64,000 nucleotides of DNA from a virus. Taxonomy: Duplodnaviria; Caudoviricetes. The stretch lies in IMG/VR virus record IMGVR_UViG_3300007513_000003. One strand, written 5' to 3'. Position 1 is the stretch's first letter; the number at the start of each line of letters is the position of its first letter. Positions 28,751 to 38,309 of this stretch are shown here, one piece after another. The translations under genes and the position numbers were made by a program. The notes beneath the pieces are model-generated. The model did not search any database. It was given only the letters and a program-made list of their open reading frames with translations, and was not told the origin of the DNA.

Positions 28751-29923
28751 TTATGCAAATGATAGGTTTGATACTGCAATTGTTTGTAGGTAGTCGCCAG
28801 CATTACCTAGTGATGATGCTGTGTTTGTTAGTGCAACATAACCATAACGTGTCATGAAGCCTACGACTGGCTCGAATGTATCTGGATCTAGTACTGTACC
28901 AGATGACATTAGAGGAATGTATGGGCAGTAGAAAGCAGCTGCGTCTGCTTCGCTTGAACCCTTGTAGCCTACTAGTACTGCTGTATCATCAGCTGCGTAT
29001 GTATCAACATAGATCTTCATTGTACCATTTAGTGTGCCAACCATCTTTTGGTTAACTGGTGCTTCGAATGAACCTTCTGTTGTACGTGCAAATGCACTTG
29101 TTGAAGCGGATTGGATAACTGTTAGTGCTTGTGGTGAAACGACTGCCCAGTTACCTGCACCACGACGTGTGCGTTGTGCAATTGTGTTGGCTGCGCGGTT
29201 CATTAGAACTGCTAGAGCGGCGTGCTCGTCACCAACGTATGTTGCTGTACCTGATACTGCGTTTTGATCATATGGATCACCTGCTGTTGCGATACTACGT
29301 AGTGAACGTAGGATCTCTTGATCAATTTCTGCAGTAATTTCTTGTGCTAGTGCTGACATGATTTCTGCTTCCATGTCAATACCGTGCATTGAGTTAGCAT
29401 CTTGAGCAGCTTCGAAAGTCCAACGTGCTGATAGCTTACGTGTCTTTGCTTCAACTGGTTGCTTCAAGATTTGGATGCTTAGACGGTTACCGCCTGTGCC
29501 TTCGTTAGCAGATGTTGAACCTGCTGTATCAGCAGATGCAACGTTACCTGAGTAACCTTCAGCAACTTTGAATGGGCTTAATGCTTCTTCGCCTGCTGTT
29601 GTGTTACCACCTGCGTTACCTGTGAATGCATCAGCGTAACGTACTCTCAATGTGTGAATTTGTCCTACTGGACCTGCCATTGGTTGAACACCAACGATTT
29701 CGTTAGCAATTACTGATGGCATTACGCGGCGGATTACTGGTAAAATTACGCGGTTAAGTGTAGCAACATTACCTGATGTTGATGCGCCGGCTGTAGCAGC
29801 CTCTGTCAAATAGCCTTTTGTATTCTCTAGAGTTACTGCCATTGTACTACGAGTTGAACCTGAAAGACCTTCTAATAGTGCGTCTTTAGTTTCACTCCAG
29901 TTTTCATTTAATAGTTCTGACAT
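28751..29923 (-). CDS. gp23: Major capsid protein
   Basis: VGVQPMAGPVGQIHTLR, EAKTRKLSARWTFEAAQD, EITAEIDQEI, FYCPYIPL, FEPVVGFMTRYG. Confidence 0.97.
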   Translation of the reverse strand: MSELLNENWSETKDALLEGLSGSTRSTMAVTLENTKGYLTEAATAGASTSGNVATLNRVILPVIRRVMPSVIANEIVGVQPMAGPVGQIHTLRVRYADAFTGNAGGNTTAGEEALSPFKVAEGYSGNVASADTAGSTSANEGTGGNRLSIQILKQPVEAKTRKLSARWTFEAAQDANSMHGIDMEAEIMSALAQEITAEIDQEILRSLRSIATAGDPYDQNAVSGTATYVGDEHAALAVLMNRAANTIAQRTRRGAGNWAVVSPQALTVIQSASTSAFARTTEGSFEAPVNQKMVGTLNGTMKIYVDTYAADDTAVLVGYKGSSEADAAAFYCPYIPLMSSGTVLDPDTFEPVVGFMTRYGYVALTNTASSLGNAGDYLQTIAVSNLSFA

Positions 29924-29954
29924 TTTTAGTCTCCTAAACTCCTTAATTATAAAT

Positions 29955-31055
29955 TTATAATCCTGCTAACTTCTTGATATCAACAATGTTGGAAGTGTTT
30001 GGTGTTTCTTCAACTTGCTTTTCAACAGGTTGGCGATCACCAGTTACTTCTTTCTTTACTGACTCAGTAAGTTTGCGTTTAATACCAGTGCCATCGCCAT
30101 TAATAACTGCTGGCAGGTATTTGTCAAAAGATGCTTTAAGTTTATCAGTTTGTACTGACTCAAGTAAACTTTCCATAACCTCTTTCTTCTCTTTCGCCAA
30201 TGGTGAAAGAAGTTGAGAGAGTGTTTCTTTACGGTTTGCTTGGTCATTAATAACGTTGATTTCACTCATTTTTGTCTCTACGAGTGCATCCTTTTCTTCA
30301 ATTGTTTTATTGGCTTCTGCCAATACACCTTCCATTTCTGAAAGTTGCTTGTTGAGTTTTGCAACTTCAGTATTCTCATTCAAATATGAATGTGCATACT
30401 CTGCGGCAAAAGCTTCAAATAATTGACGTCCAAAGTTATTCTCACGAGCACTTTGAATATCTTCTTTAAGTTGTGACATCTCACCCTTAATAGTTTTAGT
30501 GACAGTCTCTTCAACCATCTTAGCACTACGCTCGATAAATGTTTTCTTAAGTTCGGCTAGTTTTGTTTTTGCTTCAGCAACTAACTTAACTTTTGTTTCA
30601 ACTACGTCTTTCTTGTCTTCGTTGAATTCAACAATCTCTTCGCTTAATGCTTTGATTACGAAATCTTCTAGTTTCTGCATTGTTTGAGCCTGTGTGCCTC
30701 TATCAGCACGGAACTCATTCATTTCAGTTGCTAGATTTTCTGTTACGAACTTGCTTAGAAGATCGGCATGCTCTGTTACTGCTGTCTTGTATGCTACTCG
30801 CTCAGCTAGTAGTGCTTGCTTGTCTTCTACAAACTCGTTGATTTCTTGTTTTAGAGAATCTGTAACCATTGTATCTAGGGCTTCGACAATCGCCTCCTTA
30901 TCGTGCTCATATCTCTTTGCAAATTCTTCGCGTAACTCGGCCTTGTTTTGCTCAGTGGCTTCTACCAACTTTGCATCCCAAGCTTCCTGGAGTTCAACTT
31001 GAACTTCCTCGGAGATAATATTGTTTTCGATAAGTGGTTTGAATACGTCTAACAT
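29955..31055 (-). CDS. gp22: Prohead core scaffold protein
   Basis: Coiled-coil, Glu-rich, located between protease and capsid genes; FEAFAAEY segment. Confidence 0.85.
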   Translation of the reverse strand: MLDVFKPLIENNIISEEVQVELQEAWDAKLVEATEQNKAELREEFAKRYEHDKEAIVEALDTMVTDSLKQEINEFVEDKQALLAERVAYKTAVTEHADLLSKFVTENLATEMNEFRADRGTQAQTMQKLEDFVIKALSEEIVEFNEDKKDVVETKVKLVAEAKTKLAELKKTFIERSAKMVEETVTKTIKGEMSQLKEDIQSARENNFGRQLFEAFAAEYAHSYLNENTEVAKLNKQLSEMEGVLAEANKTIEEKDALVETKMSEINVINDQANRKETLSQLLSPLAKEKKEVMESLLESVQTDKLKASFDKYLPAVINGDGTGIKRKLTESVKKEVTGDRQPVEKQVEETPNTSNIVDIKKLAGL

Positions 31056-31064
31056 AATGCTCTC

Positions 31065-31688
31065 CTAAATTTTTAGGTCCTTTATGAGACGCAAAATACT
31101 CTCTTTGAGATATTTTTGCGCCTTTTGATTCTCACGTACTTCAGCCGCCATCTCAAGCACTCTATGACCGCCTCTCATGTTTAAAAGGCCTTCATAAATT
31201 GCTGTTGGATATGCTTCTGGAGCACTTGGTTGCGCCACTACGTCAATAGTGACAATTTCAAATTCTGAAACATCGCCAGAAGATTCACGGACATTGCCGC
31301 TACCTCTGGATGAAACTCCTAATTTAACACCTGACTCAAGCATAGTTTTGACTAAGTTACCCATTGGTGTTGGTAGTACTTTCATCTTACCATAACCGTT
31401 GGGTCCATCCATCCACATTTCTGTAACCATGTGGGATACACGATCTAAGTTAATCTTAAGATCGTCTGGATGATCAACTTCGCCTAGTACTGAGTTTCCT
31501 TGATTGATTTGCTCATTTAATGTTGATACTGCGGTTTGAATTTCAGAGACAGGATATACACGCTGATTTGCATTCTTTACACCACCTTGAATGCAAATAC
31601 CCTTCATGTATAGATTCTTGCCTTCTGAATCAGTCTCAGTTACCATGCGAGCTTGGTCAAATGTCAAGTGTTCTCTTAGATAAGTCAT
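31065..31688 (-). CDS. gp21: Prohead protease
   Basis: KNANQRVYP, LGEVDHP, VSH, GVSSRGSG, TIDVVAQPSAPEA. Confidence 0.95.
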   Translation of the reverse strand: MTYLREHLTFDQARMVTETDSEGKNLYMKGICIQGGVKNANQRVYPVSEIQTAVSTLNEQINQGNSVLGEVDHPDDLKINLDRVSHMVTEMWMDGPNGYGKMKVLPTPMGNLVKTMLESGVKLGVSSRGSGNVRESSGDVSEFEIVTIDVVAQPSAPEAYPTAIYEGLLNMRGGHRVLEMAAEVRENQKAQKYLKESILRLIKDLKI

Positions 31689-31700
31689 GTTTTTTATCCG

Positions 31701-32429
31701 TTATACTTTCTTCATGTCTGGTTCAGTTGACATGCCCATATCTGATGATGATGGGTCTGCTGAACTTGAACCTTCTCCTGATGACATTGCACCTGGTTCG
31801 TTTGCGTCACCTTGTGGCTTACCACCTTTGGCAACAGGTGATGAACCTTCGCCAGCGCCACCCTTAGGTGCAGGAACTGCCTTTAGTTCAGCGCCTTCGG
31901 CAACTACATCTTCTTCTGACTCTTCTAGATCTTCTTCTGCTTCTTCAGCTGACTCTTCAACGGATTCTTCCATTTCTGGCTCCATGTAGTCGCCTTCTTC
32001 GTCGGCTTCTTCGCCTTCGTCGTCGCCAACTTCAGCCATTAACTTGTCGAATTCTGCTTGAAGTTCGTCAAATGCAGCTTCTAGATCACTAATTCTTTCA
32101 TCGGCTTCTTCGTCGGCTTCTTCGCCTTCGTCGTCACCTTCTTCTTCTTCGGCATCCATAGCATCTTCAAGTTCTTCACTTGCATCCTCTAGGGACATAC
32201 CTTCTTCGTCGCCTTCAATATCATTAACAAAATCTTCAACCTCTTCATCTGAGATTGCTTCTTCAACTTCTTCAATCTCTTCTTCGATTGCATCAAGATC
32301 TTGTTCGTCAATCAAGCCTTCATAAATGTCACGTGACTTTTCAACAACAATTTCATGGAAAAGTTCACGAGCTTTATCTTGCTCTTCATTGATAATATAG
32401 TCAAGCAACTGATTAAATTTATCACTCAT
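31701..32429 (-). CDS. Highly acidic prohead core/internal protein (start likely MSDKF at 32429)
   Basis: Glu/Asp-rich; AAGGAG RBS precedes the second Met; occupies the position of T4 gp67/68; 31-bp exact direct repeat at 31994-32024 and 32105-32135. Confidence 0.6.
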   Translation of the reverse strand: MSDKFNQLLDYIINEEQDKARELFHEIVVEKSRDIYEGLIDEQDLDAIEEEIEEVEEAISDEEVEDFVNDIEGDEEGMSLEDASEELEDAMDAEEEEGDDEGEEADEEADERISDLEAAFDELQAEFDKLMAEVGDDEGEEADEEGDYMEPEMEESVEESAEEAEEDLEESEEDVVAEGAELKAVPAPKGGAGEGSSPVAKGGKPQGDANEPGAMSSGEGSSSADPSSSDMGMSTEPDMKKV

Positions 32430-32548
32430 AGCGAAATCACTCCTTTTATATAAAAAGTTACAAAATATCAAATATATTTAAGTTAAAGGGGATATAAAGG
32501 CACTCAAATAGTACCAAAATGGTATGAAAACGGCAGAAAAGGGCAAAA

Positions 32549-32788
32549 TTACATTGGGACGTCTGCGCCAGCTGGCGCCGCGCCGTATTGTAACTTATAT
32601 TTCTCTGCGTCTTTAATTTTTTCTGCAGTTCTTAGTTCTGAAACCTTTCTAAGCTTATTAATTTGTTCTAGTGTTAGTCTTGTTTTACGAGTATTCTCTT
32701 TTTTAACAATAGTCTGATCAGAGTCCGAATCATAGCGACCGTTATCCTCTTTTTCTTCCAATTGTCCAAAAAGTTCTAGTAAAATCAT
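32549..32788 (-). CDS. Small hypothetical protein downstream of portal
   Basis: 79 aa in the head operon, preceded by TAAATA. Confidence 0.6.
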   Translation of the reverse strand: MILLELFGQLEEKEDNGRYDSDSDQTIVKKENTRKTRLTLEQINKLRKVSELRTAEKIKDAEKYKLQYGAAPAGADVPM

Positions 32789-32796
32789 AATACTAT

Positions 32797-34467
32797 TTAT
32801 GTTGTTGGTGCTGGTTCTAACTCAGGTGCTTCGCCACCTTCTATAGGTGCTTCACCCTCTATAGGCGCTTCATCACCTTCCGGAAGTTCAGGTTCCTCTG
32901 CCATAGACATATCAGAGTCTAATCCACCTGGTGTAATACCAACATTACGCATATCTGAACCATATACTTGGGATGCTTGATTGTTGCCTGTTTCCTCTTC
33001 CCACTTTTCTGTGTTTTCAATTAGTTCTTGCTCTGTTAGACCTAAGTAACGTGTTAGCAAGAAGCGTTTACTCATATATGGCAATTGTTCTAACTGCGTA
33101 AATGCAGAAATCTTTGTGTTATCCAACTCTGCTTGTCTATATGATGCAAAGTTCTGCGGCTCATTAAACTTAATTTCAAAAATACTATTGTCAATATTAA
33201 CACCACGTGTCTTTAAAAATAGTTTAAATTCTGTATCAACTGTACCAGAAATAATTGTTTGTAAACGTTTGCAGTATTCGTTGAATCTAAATTCTTGAAT
33301 TAATGCTGTGCCTACTCTACCATCATTATAAGCGGCGACACCTTCATCAGGTCCGGTTGGCAAATAACTTGCCGGAATACGCAATGCACGATATAATTTA
33401 TTTGTAAAATATCTTAAATCGTCAATTTGTCCTAGATTTTCACCTCCTGGTAATGTTTCGACTTTACTGCCTCTTCCTTCGCCCGTTTGTGGAAAGAAAT
33501 AATCTTCCATAATAGATAGTGGATTATATGTTGAATCCATCATTTTGGATCCACCACCTGTTGTAGTTGGAATTCTACGTTGGTGAATTTCATTCTTAAC
33601 ACGCTCAACAAAACCCATAGCCATGTGTGATGGCATATTACCTACGTCAATGTAAAATACACGGCGTTCCGGAGCACGTTGTACGCGGTAGATAATAATA
33701 GCATCTTCTAATAATTCTTTTTGTTTATATGTTTTAAAGATATTCTCTAAAATACTATTACCAAATGGCCAGGTGCCATCCATCTCTTCTGTTAAACTAA
33801 TATGAACAATATAATTAGCATCAATAGCAACGGCTTTTTTACCATATGTGTATTTGGAAGCATTTGCCATATTCTCTTGTGTTTGTGATCCTGTTCTACT
33901 CATTAGATTAGGAATAGTTGTACCACCTGTCTCCTTTTCTGTTGTTTGTAGAGTATCAAAATTAATTGCTAAATCACGAACAATATATTGTTCAATTTCT
34001 TTACCGGCACTTTCATCAACAACAATCTTTTCAACTTTGGCACAATCAACAAAGTGCCACTTTTGTGTTTCTGGATCACGAATAAAAAGTTGGTCACCGT
34101 ATTTTAGTGTGTTGCGGAAAAGTTTAAAAATTTTACGATCAAAACTTTGTAGATTATACCAGTGTTTTAATTGTGTATTTAAAATTTCCATTTCTGTTGC
34201 TGTCGCGTCATCATGGTAATGAACTTGGAATGCAATGCCTGATTCTGTATTTTGTTGTGTACAGAATTCTGCTAAAATATCAAGTGCTGAATTTACTTCA
34301 CTGTCTTGGTCCATTGCATCGTATTGAATATAACGCTCAATACGATTAGGATGCCCAGAGTAAACTTCAGGCAATACTGAACTATAATTTTTAAAGCCAA
34401 CGTCAGGAGTTCCATTTCTCATTGGAACTACATTGTTTGGTTGTGTGAAATATTTTTTCCAAGTCAT
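32797..34467 (-). CDS. gp20: Portal vertex protein
   Basis: IIIYRVQRAPERRVFYIDVGNMP, EDYFFPQTGEGRGSKVETLPGG, LYRALRIP. Confidence 0.97.
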   Translation of the reverse strand: MTWKKYFTQPNNVVPMRNGTPDVGFKNYSSVLPEVYSGHPNRIERYIQYDAMDQDSEVNSALDILAEFCTQQNTESGIAFQVHYHDDATATEMEILNTQLKHWYNLQSFDRKIFKLFRNTLKYGDQLFIRDPETQKWHFVDCAKVEKIVVDESAGKEIEQYIVRDLAINFDTLQTTEKETGGTTIPNLMSRTGSQTQENMANASKYTYGKKAVAIDANYIVHISLTEEMDGTWPFGNSILENIFKTYKQKELLEDAIIIYRVQRAPERRVFYIDVGNMPSHMAMGFVERVKNEIHQRRIPTTTGGGSKMMDSTYNPLSIMEDYFFPQTGEGRGSKVETLPGGENLGQIDDLRYFTNKLYRALRIPASYLPTGPDEGVAAYNDGRVGTALIQEFRFNEYCKRLQTIISGTVDTEFKLFLKTRGVNIDNSIFEIKFNEPQNFASYRQAELDNTKISAFTQLEQLPYMSKRFLLTRYLGLTEQELIENTEKWEEETGNNQASQVYGSDMRNVGITPGGLDSDMSMAEEPELPEGDEAPIEGEAPIEGGEAPELEPAPTT

Positions 34468-34543
34468 AATTATAATCTTTGTTTTATACTACTATTTACC
34501 CTATTTTATAATATATTTGTTGTATTGTGACTAGGGAACTGCA

Positions 34544-36856
34544 CTACCCGTATGTCGTCCCATCTTGCCCTGCTTCATTTGCTAATCCGTGCGGAGATCT
34601 TGCGTTCTTGTTTCCATTATCAATATTAACATTAACCTGATTATTTTTCTGTGCTTGCAATTGTTTTTCAGTAAGATCAACGAGTTTATCCAATTGTTGA
34701 GTTTGCTTTTTCACTTCTTGTAAGTTTTCATTAGCGGTATCTGACAAGCTTTTAGATGCTTCAGTTGCCCCAGTAGCAGATTCACCTGTTTGTGCTATGC
34801 CTGCCTCGGCCAAGGCTGATATCTTTGTGGAAAGTCCTGCATGGCGCGCATCTGCACTTGATGTTGCTACTTTTGGTTTTGCTACTGGTGTACCAGGTGG
34901 TGGAGTATTTGGTTTTACTACTGCTGTAGGTTTTGCTTCCGAAGTACCACCCAGCACATCCTTCCTTATGTCGACGCGATCTCCAGTCCCGCCAAACATT
35001 TCATGCATTGTGTCATACTGTTCTTGAATTAGATCTATAGATGTTTTCATAAAACCTGTAATTTTGTCACCTAATGTACCTGCCATTCTTGGAATAGTTC
35101 TGTAAGATACAAGTCCTTCGTCTTGTAGTTTTATTATCTCAGCTGAAAGTTCTTCATCAAACCCCGTTTTTTCTTTATAGGTTTTTAATTGTCCCTGGAC
35201 CCAATTGATCAGTCCATCATCAGCGTTAAAGATAGTATCCAAAAACAATTCCCTGGCGCCAACTGCTATCTCGTCTTTCAGAACTCTGATATCAGTTGTT
35301 AGTTGGGTAGCTGCATCACCAATCGTTCCTACGAGTTTCCCGTCGACAATTTCTGCGTCAATACCCATTGCTTGATCATAAAAATGTTCAAATGCTGTCG
35401 AAAAGTTTACTGATTCTGTATCAACTATCCCGGCATGTTTGGCATATGCGTCTTGAATTGCATTAAATTTTGTAGTGGTTGCCTGTGCAGCTTCGAACAA
35501 TGCTAACCCGATCGGTTGGCCAGCCGCGGCTAAAGGAGCAAAAGTATCTCTTGTTTTTTCTATGGCGTCTTCTAATTTGCCTAGACTTGCGTTAAAAATC
35601 TCGCCGGCGCCATCACCAGCAGATAACATATCTGAGGCTAGATCGTTATACATTTGTCCCATCGGAGTAGCCATCATCATTCTAGCCTCTTTACCTTTCG
35701 GAACAACACCTGCAACTCTGGCTTTAAAGATCTCAGCGGCCGCCGGGCCGCCTGTTTCCATTGCCTTCTTGAGCCCGTCTGTCATTGCAGCCTGTTGTTC
35801 TGGGCCCATGTTCATAATAGCCGCCTGGAATTGCGCGTCAGATGCCAATTTTTGTTGTTCTTTCGCTAGCCGATCTTTACTCTTACCAGTGAGTACTTCT
35901 AACTGTGATAATTGGTATATATAATCACCGGTCATATCTGCTTGCTCTTGAGCAGATAACGAACGAGTGCTATCAGCCAGAGAAGCATTATTCAGCATGG
36001 TTGCCGATAACTCTAATGCATCTTCTACATCCATACCCATCAATTCTATTGTGCGTCTAAACGACATTCCGGATGTTGTATGACGTCGGCCAACGTCTGA
36101 AAGTACGCCACCTAAAGTAACTAATCTTTCAGCACCTAGTTGTGCTGTTCCTCCAAACATAGACAATGTTTCAGAATTTCTTTTCATTAAAGCATTAAAT
36201 TCTGTTTGTGTCAAAGTTGTTGTTGTGATGGCCTTCGCATACGTTTCTAGACTTCTACCAAAAGGTATACCTGCTGTGGTTATCTCGTTTAGTCCATCTA
36301 AATATCCGCCGTACACTTCTTCAGCAATTCCGAGCGCCGCGCCGCCGGCGCCGCCCACAACAGAACCTACCATCGCACCGGCGCTGCCGAATCTAGCTCC
36401 CGCGGCACCGCCCAACCCAGCGCCGGCGGCCATAAAAGGAACCTTGGCAAGAATCGACTTAAAGACTCCCGCGATCGCAGACATAATACCACCTTGATCG
36501 TCATCCTTATCTTTGTCATCTCCATCTGAATCTGGCTTAGTTAGTTTTCCATCTTTAACAATTTTATCTATATTGCCCATCGCAATGACCATTGCTCCGG
36601 CGCTTGCGGAAAAGGTCATGCCGGCCTTGGTTATTTCTACAGCGGCACCGCCGAGAGATTTGGTCAATCCGTTTAATGCTTCTCCAAATGCCTCTGCACT
36701 ATCACCAGCATAGGATATTTGTTTTCCAGAAACCCTCGCAACTCGCGAAATGTAATTTAACTCTGTAGACGCACGATCCGCAGAGTCAGAGACACTTCTA
36801 AATAGCGCATCTATAGATCGTTTGGTTTCTCGTAAAATTGCGTCGTCGTCTGCCAT
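34544..36856 (-). CDS. Tape measure protein
   Basis: 770 aa, helical and Ala/Gly-rich with a Gly-rich hydrophobic segment; adjacent to the gp26-like gene. Confidence 0.65.
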   Translation of the reverse strand: MADDDAILRETKRSIDALFRSVSDSADRASTELNYISRVARVSGKQISYAGDSAEAFGEALNGLTKSLGGAAVEITKAGMTFSASAGAMVIAMGNIDKIVKDGKLTKPDSDGDDKDKDDDQGGIMSAIAGVFKSILAKVPFMAAGAGLGGAAGARFGSAGAMVGSVVGGAGGAALGIAEEVYGGYLDGLNEITTAGIPFGRSLETYAKAITTTTLTQTEFNALMKRNSETLSMFGGTAQLGAERLVTLGGVLSDVGRRHTTSGMSFRRTIELMGMDVEDALELSATMLNNASLADSTRSLSAQEQADMTGDYIYQLSQLEVLTGKSKDRLAKEQQKLASDAQFQAAIMNMGPEQQAAMTDGLKKAMETGGPAAAEIFKARVAGVVPKGKEARMMMATPMGQMYNDLASDMLSAGDGAGEIFNASLGKLEDAIEKTRDTFAPLAAAGQPIGLALFEAAQATTTKFNAIQDAYAKHAGIVDTESVNFSTAFEHFYDQAMGIDAEIVDGKLVGTIGDAATQLTTDIRVLKDEIAVGARELFLDTIFNADDGLINWVQGQLKTYKEKTGFDEELSAEIIKLQDEGLVSYRTIPRMAGTLGDKITGFMKTSIDLIQEQYDTMHEMFGGTGDRVDIRKDVLGGTSEAKPTAVVKPNTPPPGTPVAKPKVATSSADARHAGLSTKISALAEAGIAQTGESATGATEASKSLSDTANENLQEVKKQTQQLDKLVDLTEKQLQAQKNNQVNVNIDNGNKNARSPHGLANEAGQDGTTYG

Positions 36857-36899
36857 AATAATATGCGTATATTATAAAATAAGGTAAATATCGCTATAT

Positions 36900-36907
36900 T
36901 ATTTATA
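36900..36907 (-). promoter_or_regulatory. Late promoter TATAAATA for tape measure (divergent TAAATA on + strand nearby)
   Basis: Exact consensus in the divergent intergenic region. Confidence 0.65.
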
Positions 36908-36929
36908 CATCAAATTTTGAGGATTTCAA

Positions 36930-37769
36930 ATGAGTAGTTTATTAGAACAATATTATCGCCAACCTGAGATTTATATCTCATTACCTAACGAAGGTAAATT
37001 TTATCCTGCAGGATCTATAGAAATTTCCGAATCCGGCGAGATTCCTGTTTTTGCTATGACAGCCAAGGATGACATTGTACTTAAAACGCCTGATGCTTTG
37101 ATATCAGGTGAAGCAATTGCACAAGTTATAAAAAGTTGTGTTCCTGCTATTAAAGATCCATGGCAAGTACCTGCTACTGATATTGATTTCATTTTAGTAG
37201 CAATTCGAATTGCGTCTTATGGTAATGACATGGAATTGAATTTTTCATGTCCTAAATGTGAAGAAAAATTTGATTATCAAATAGGTTTAGAATATTATAT
37301 TAATAAACTAGGTGATATATCCTTTGAACCTGAACAAATCTTAATTCCTTATGGCCAAGTTAAAATACATATTAAACCATTAAATTATTTGGATTTGTCG
37401 TTAATTCAAAGACGCACATTCGAAGAACAACGTGCAATTGAGGCAGTGGGTTCAATGGAGGAAAAAACAGAAGAAGAAAAGCAAGAAATGTATAATGAAA
37501 TACTAAATACAATGACCGATATAAACATCAACGCTATTTCTTCAGGTGTTAAAGCAATTGAACTTCCAGATGGCACTATGGTTGATGATCAAGAAGAAAT
37601 TATTAATTTTGTTAATAATTCTAGTGTAAGATTATTCAAAAAAATTACAGGCGCTATTCAAGAAATTAAAGACAAAACAGTATTAGACCCTATTGATGTA
37701 AAATGCCCTGAATGTTCCCATGAGTTTACTAGTCCTATAATTTTTGATTACGCAAATTTTTTCGCCTAA
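36930..37769 (+). CDS. gp26: gp26-like baseplate hub / tail assembly chaperone
   Basis: ISLP..G.FY, MTAKD...L, DIDFILVAIRIASYG, two CPxC motifs, ends DYANFFA. Confidence 0.7.
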   Translation: MSSLLEQYYRQPEIYISLPNEGKFYPAGSIEISESGEIPVFAMTAKDDIVLKTPDALISGEAIAQVIKSCVPAIKDPWQVPATDIDFILVAIRIASYGNDMELNFSCPKCEEKFDYQIGLEYYINKLGDISFEPEQILIPYGQVKIHIKPLNYLDLSLIQRRTFEEQRAIEAVGSMEEKTEEEKQEMYNEILNTMTDININAISSGVKAIELPDGTMVDDQEEIINFVNNSSVRLFKKITGAIQEIKDKTVLDPIDVKCPECSHEFTSPIIFDYANFFA

Positions 37770-37993
37770 GGCTTCTATCATTAAAATACGAAGAAATATT
37801 AGAGTTAATTACTAATTACGAAAATCAGGTAGAAGCCATAAAAAAAGAAATATACAGTTTTGCATGGCATATGCGAGGTGGATTTACTATCAATGAGATG
37901 TTCAACACTTCCGCAAAGGAAAGAAAAGTACTTTCTGACATTATTGAAGAACATATGAAAACAACAAAACAATCAGGTTTACCATATTTCTAA
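37760..37993 (+). CDS. gp51/gpT-like ORF in -1 frame without its own start codon; likely expressed by -1 frameshift
   Basis: FRLRLLSLKYEEI...WHMRGGFTINEMFNTSAKERKVLSDIIEEHM..; slippery A-AAT-TTT-TTC at 37754-37763. Confidence 0.7.
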   Translation, partial: FRLRLLSLKYEEILELITNYENQVEAIKKEIYSFAWHMRGGFTINEMFNTSAKERKVLSDIIEEHMKTTKQSGLPYF

Positions 37994-38109
37994 TGGAACA
38001 AGAGAACGAAAAAAAGCAGAATGAAGGCTTAGGATTACTTGGGGCAATATTCAGTCTATTCATCGGCTACAAAGCAGGCAAGAAAGCTGGTAAATGGCCC
38101 TGCATTTAA
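37993..38109 (+). CDS. 38-aa membrane peptide (unannotated)
   Basis: MEQENEKKQNEGLGLLGAIFSLFIGYKAGKKAGKWPCI; TAATG coupling to the upstream ORF. Confidence 0.55.
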   Translation: MEQENEKKQNEGLGLLGAIFSLFIGYKAGKKAGKWPCI

Positions 38110-38133
38110 ATAATTTAACGTAAGTATTAATAT

Positions 38134-38150
38134 ACCAGGCGTCGCCTGGT
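38134..38150. terminator. Hairpin between convergent small ORFs
   Basis: ACCAGGC-GTC-GCCTGGT; U-tracts weak. Confidence 0.45.
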
Positions 38151-38163
38151 GTCGGATTAAAAA

Positions 38164-38277
38164 CTAAATGACTTTTATATGCATTTTAGTTTTTTTGCCT
38201 ACGTTGTAACCTATTCCAAATGATATTGCTATCACTGTACAAATGGCTAGTATATGCCAGATTAAAAATGAGCTCAT
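38164..38277 (-). CDS. 37-aa membrane peptide (unannotated)
   Basis: MSSFLIWHILAICTVIAISFGIGYNVGKKTKMHIKVI with AAGGAG RBS. Confidence 0.65.
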   Translation of the reverse strand: MSSFLIWHILAICTVIAISFGIGYNVGKKTKMHIKVI

Positions 38278-38309
38278 TTTATTCTCCTTGTGAATTATTT
38301 CTTGCTTGG

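Noticed and set aside
31994-32135. 31-bp direct repeat in the acidic prohead protein
   Set aside because: A simple in-frame duplication of DDEGEEADEE in a low-complexity region
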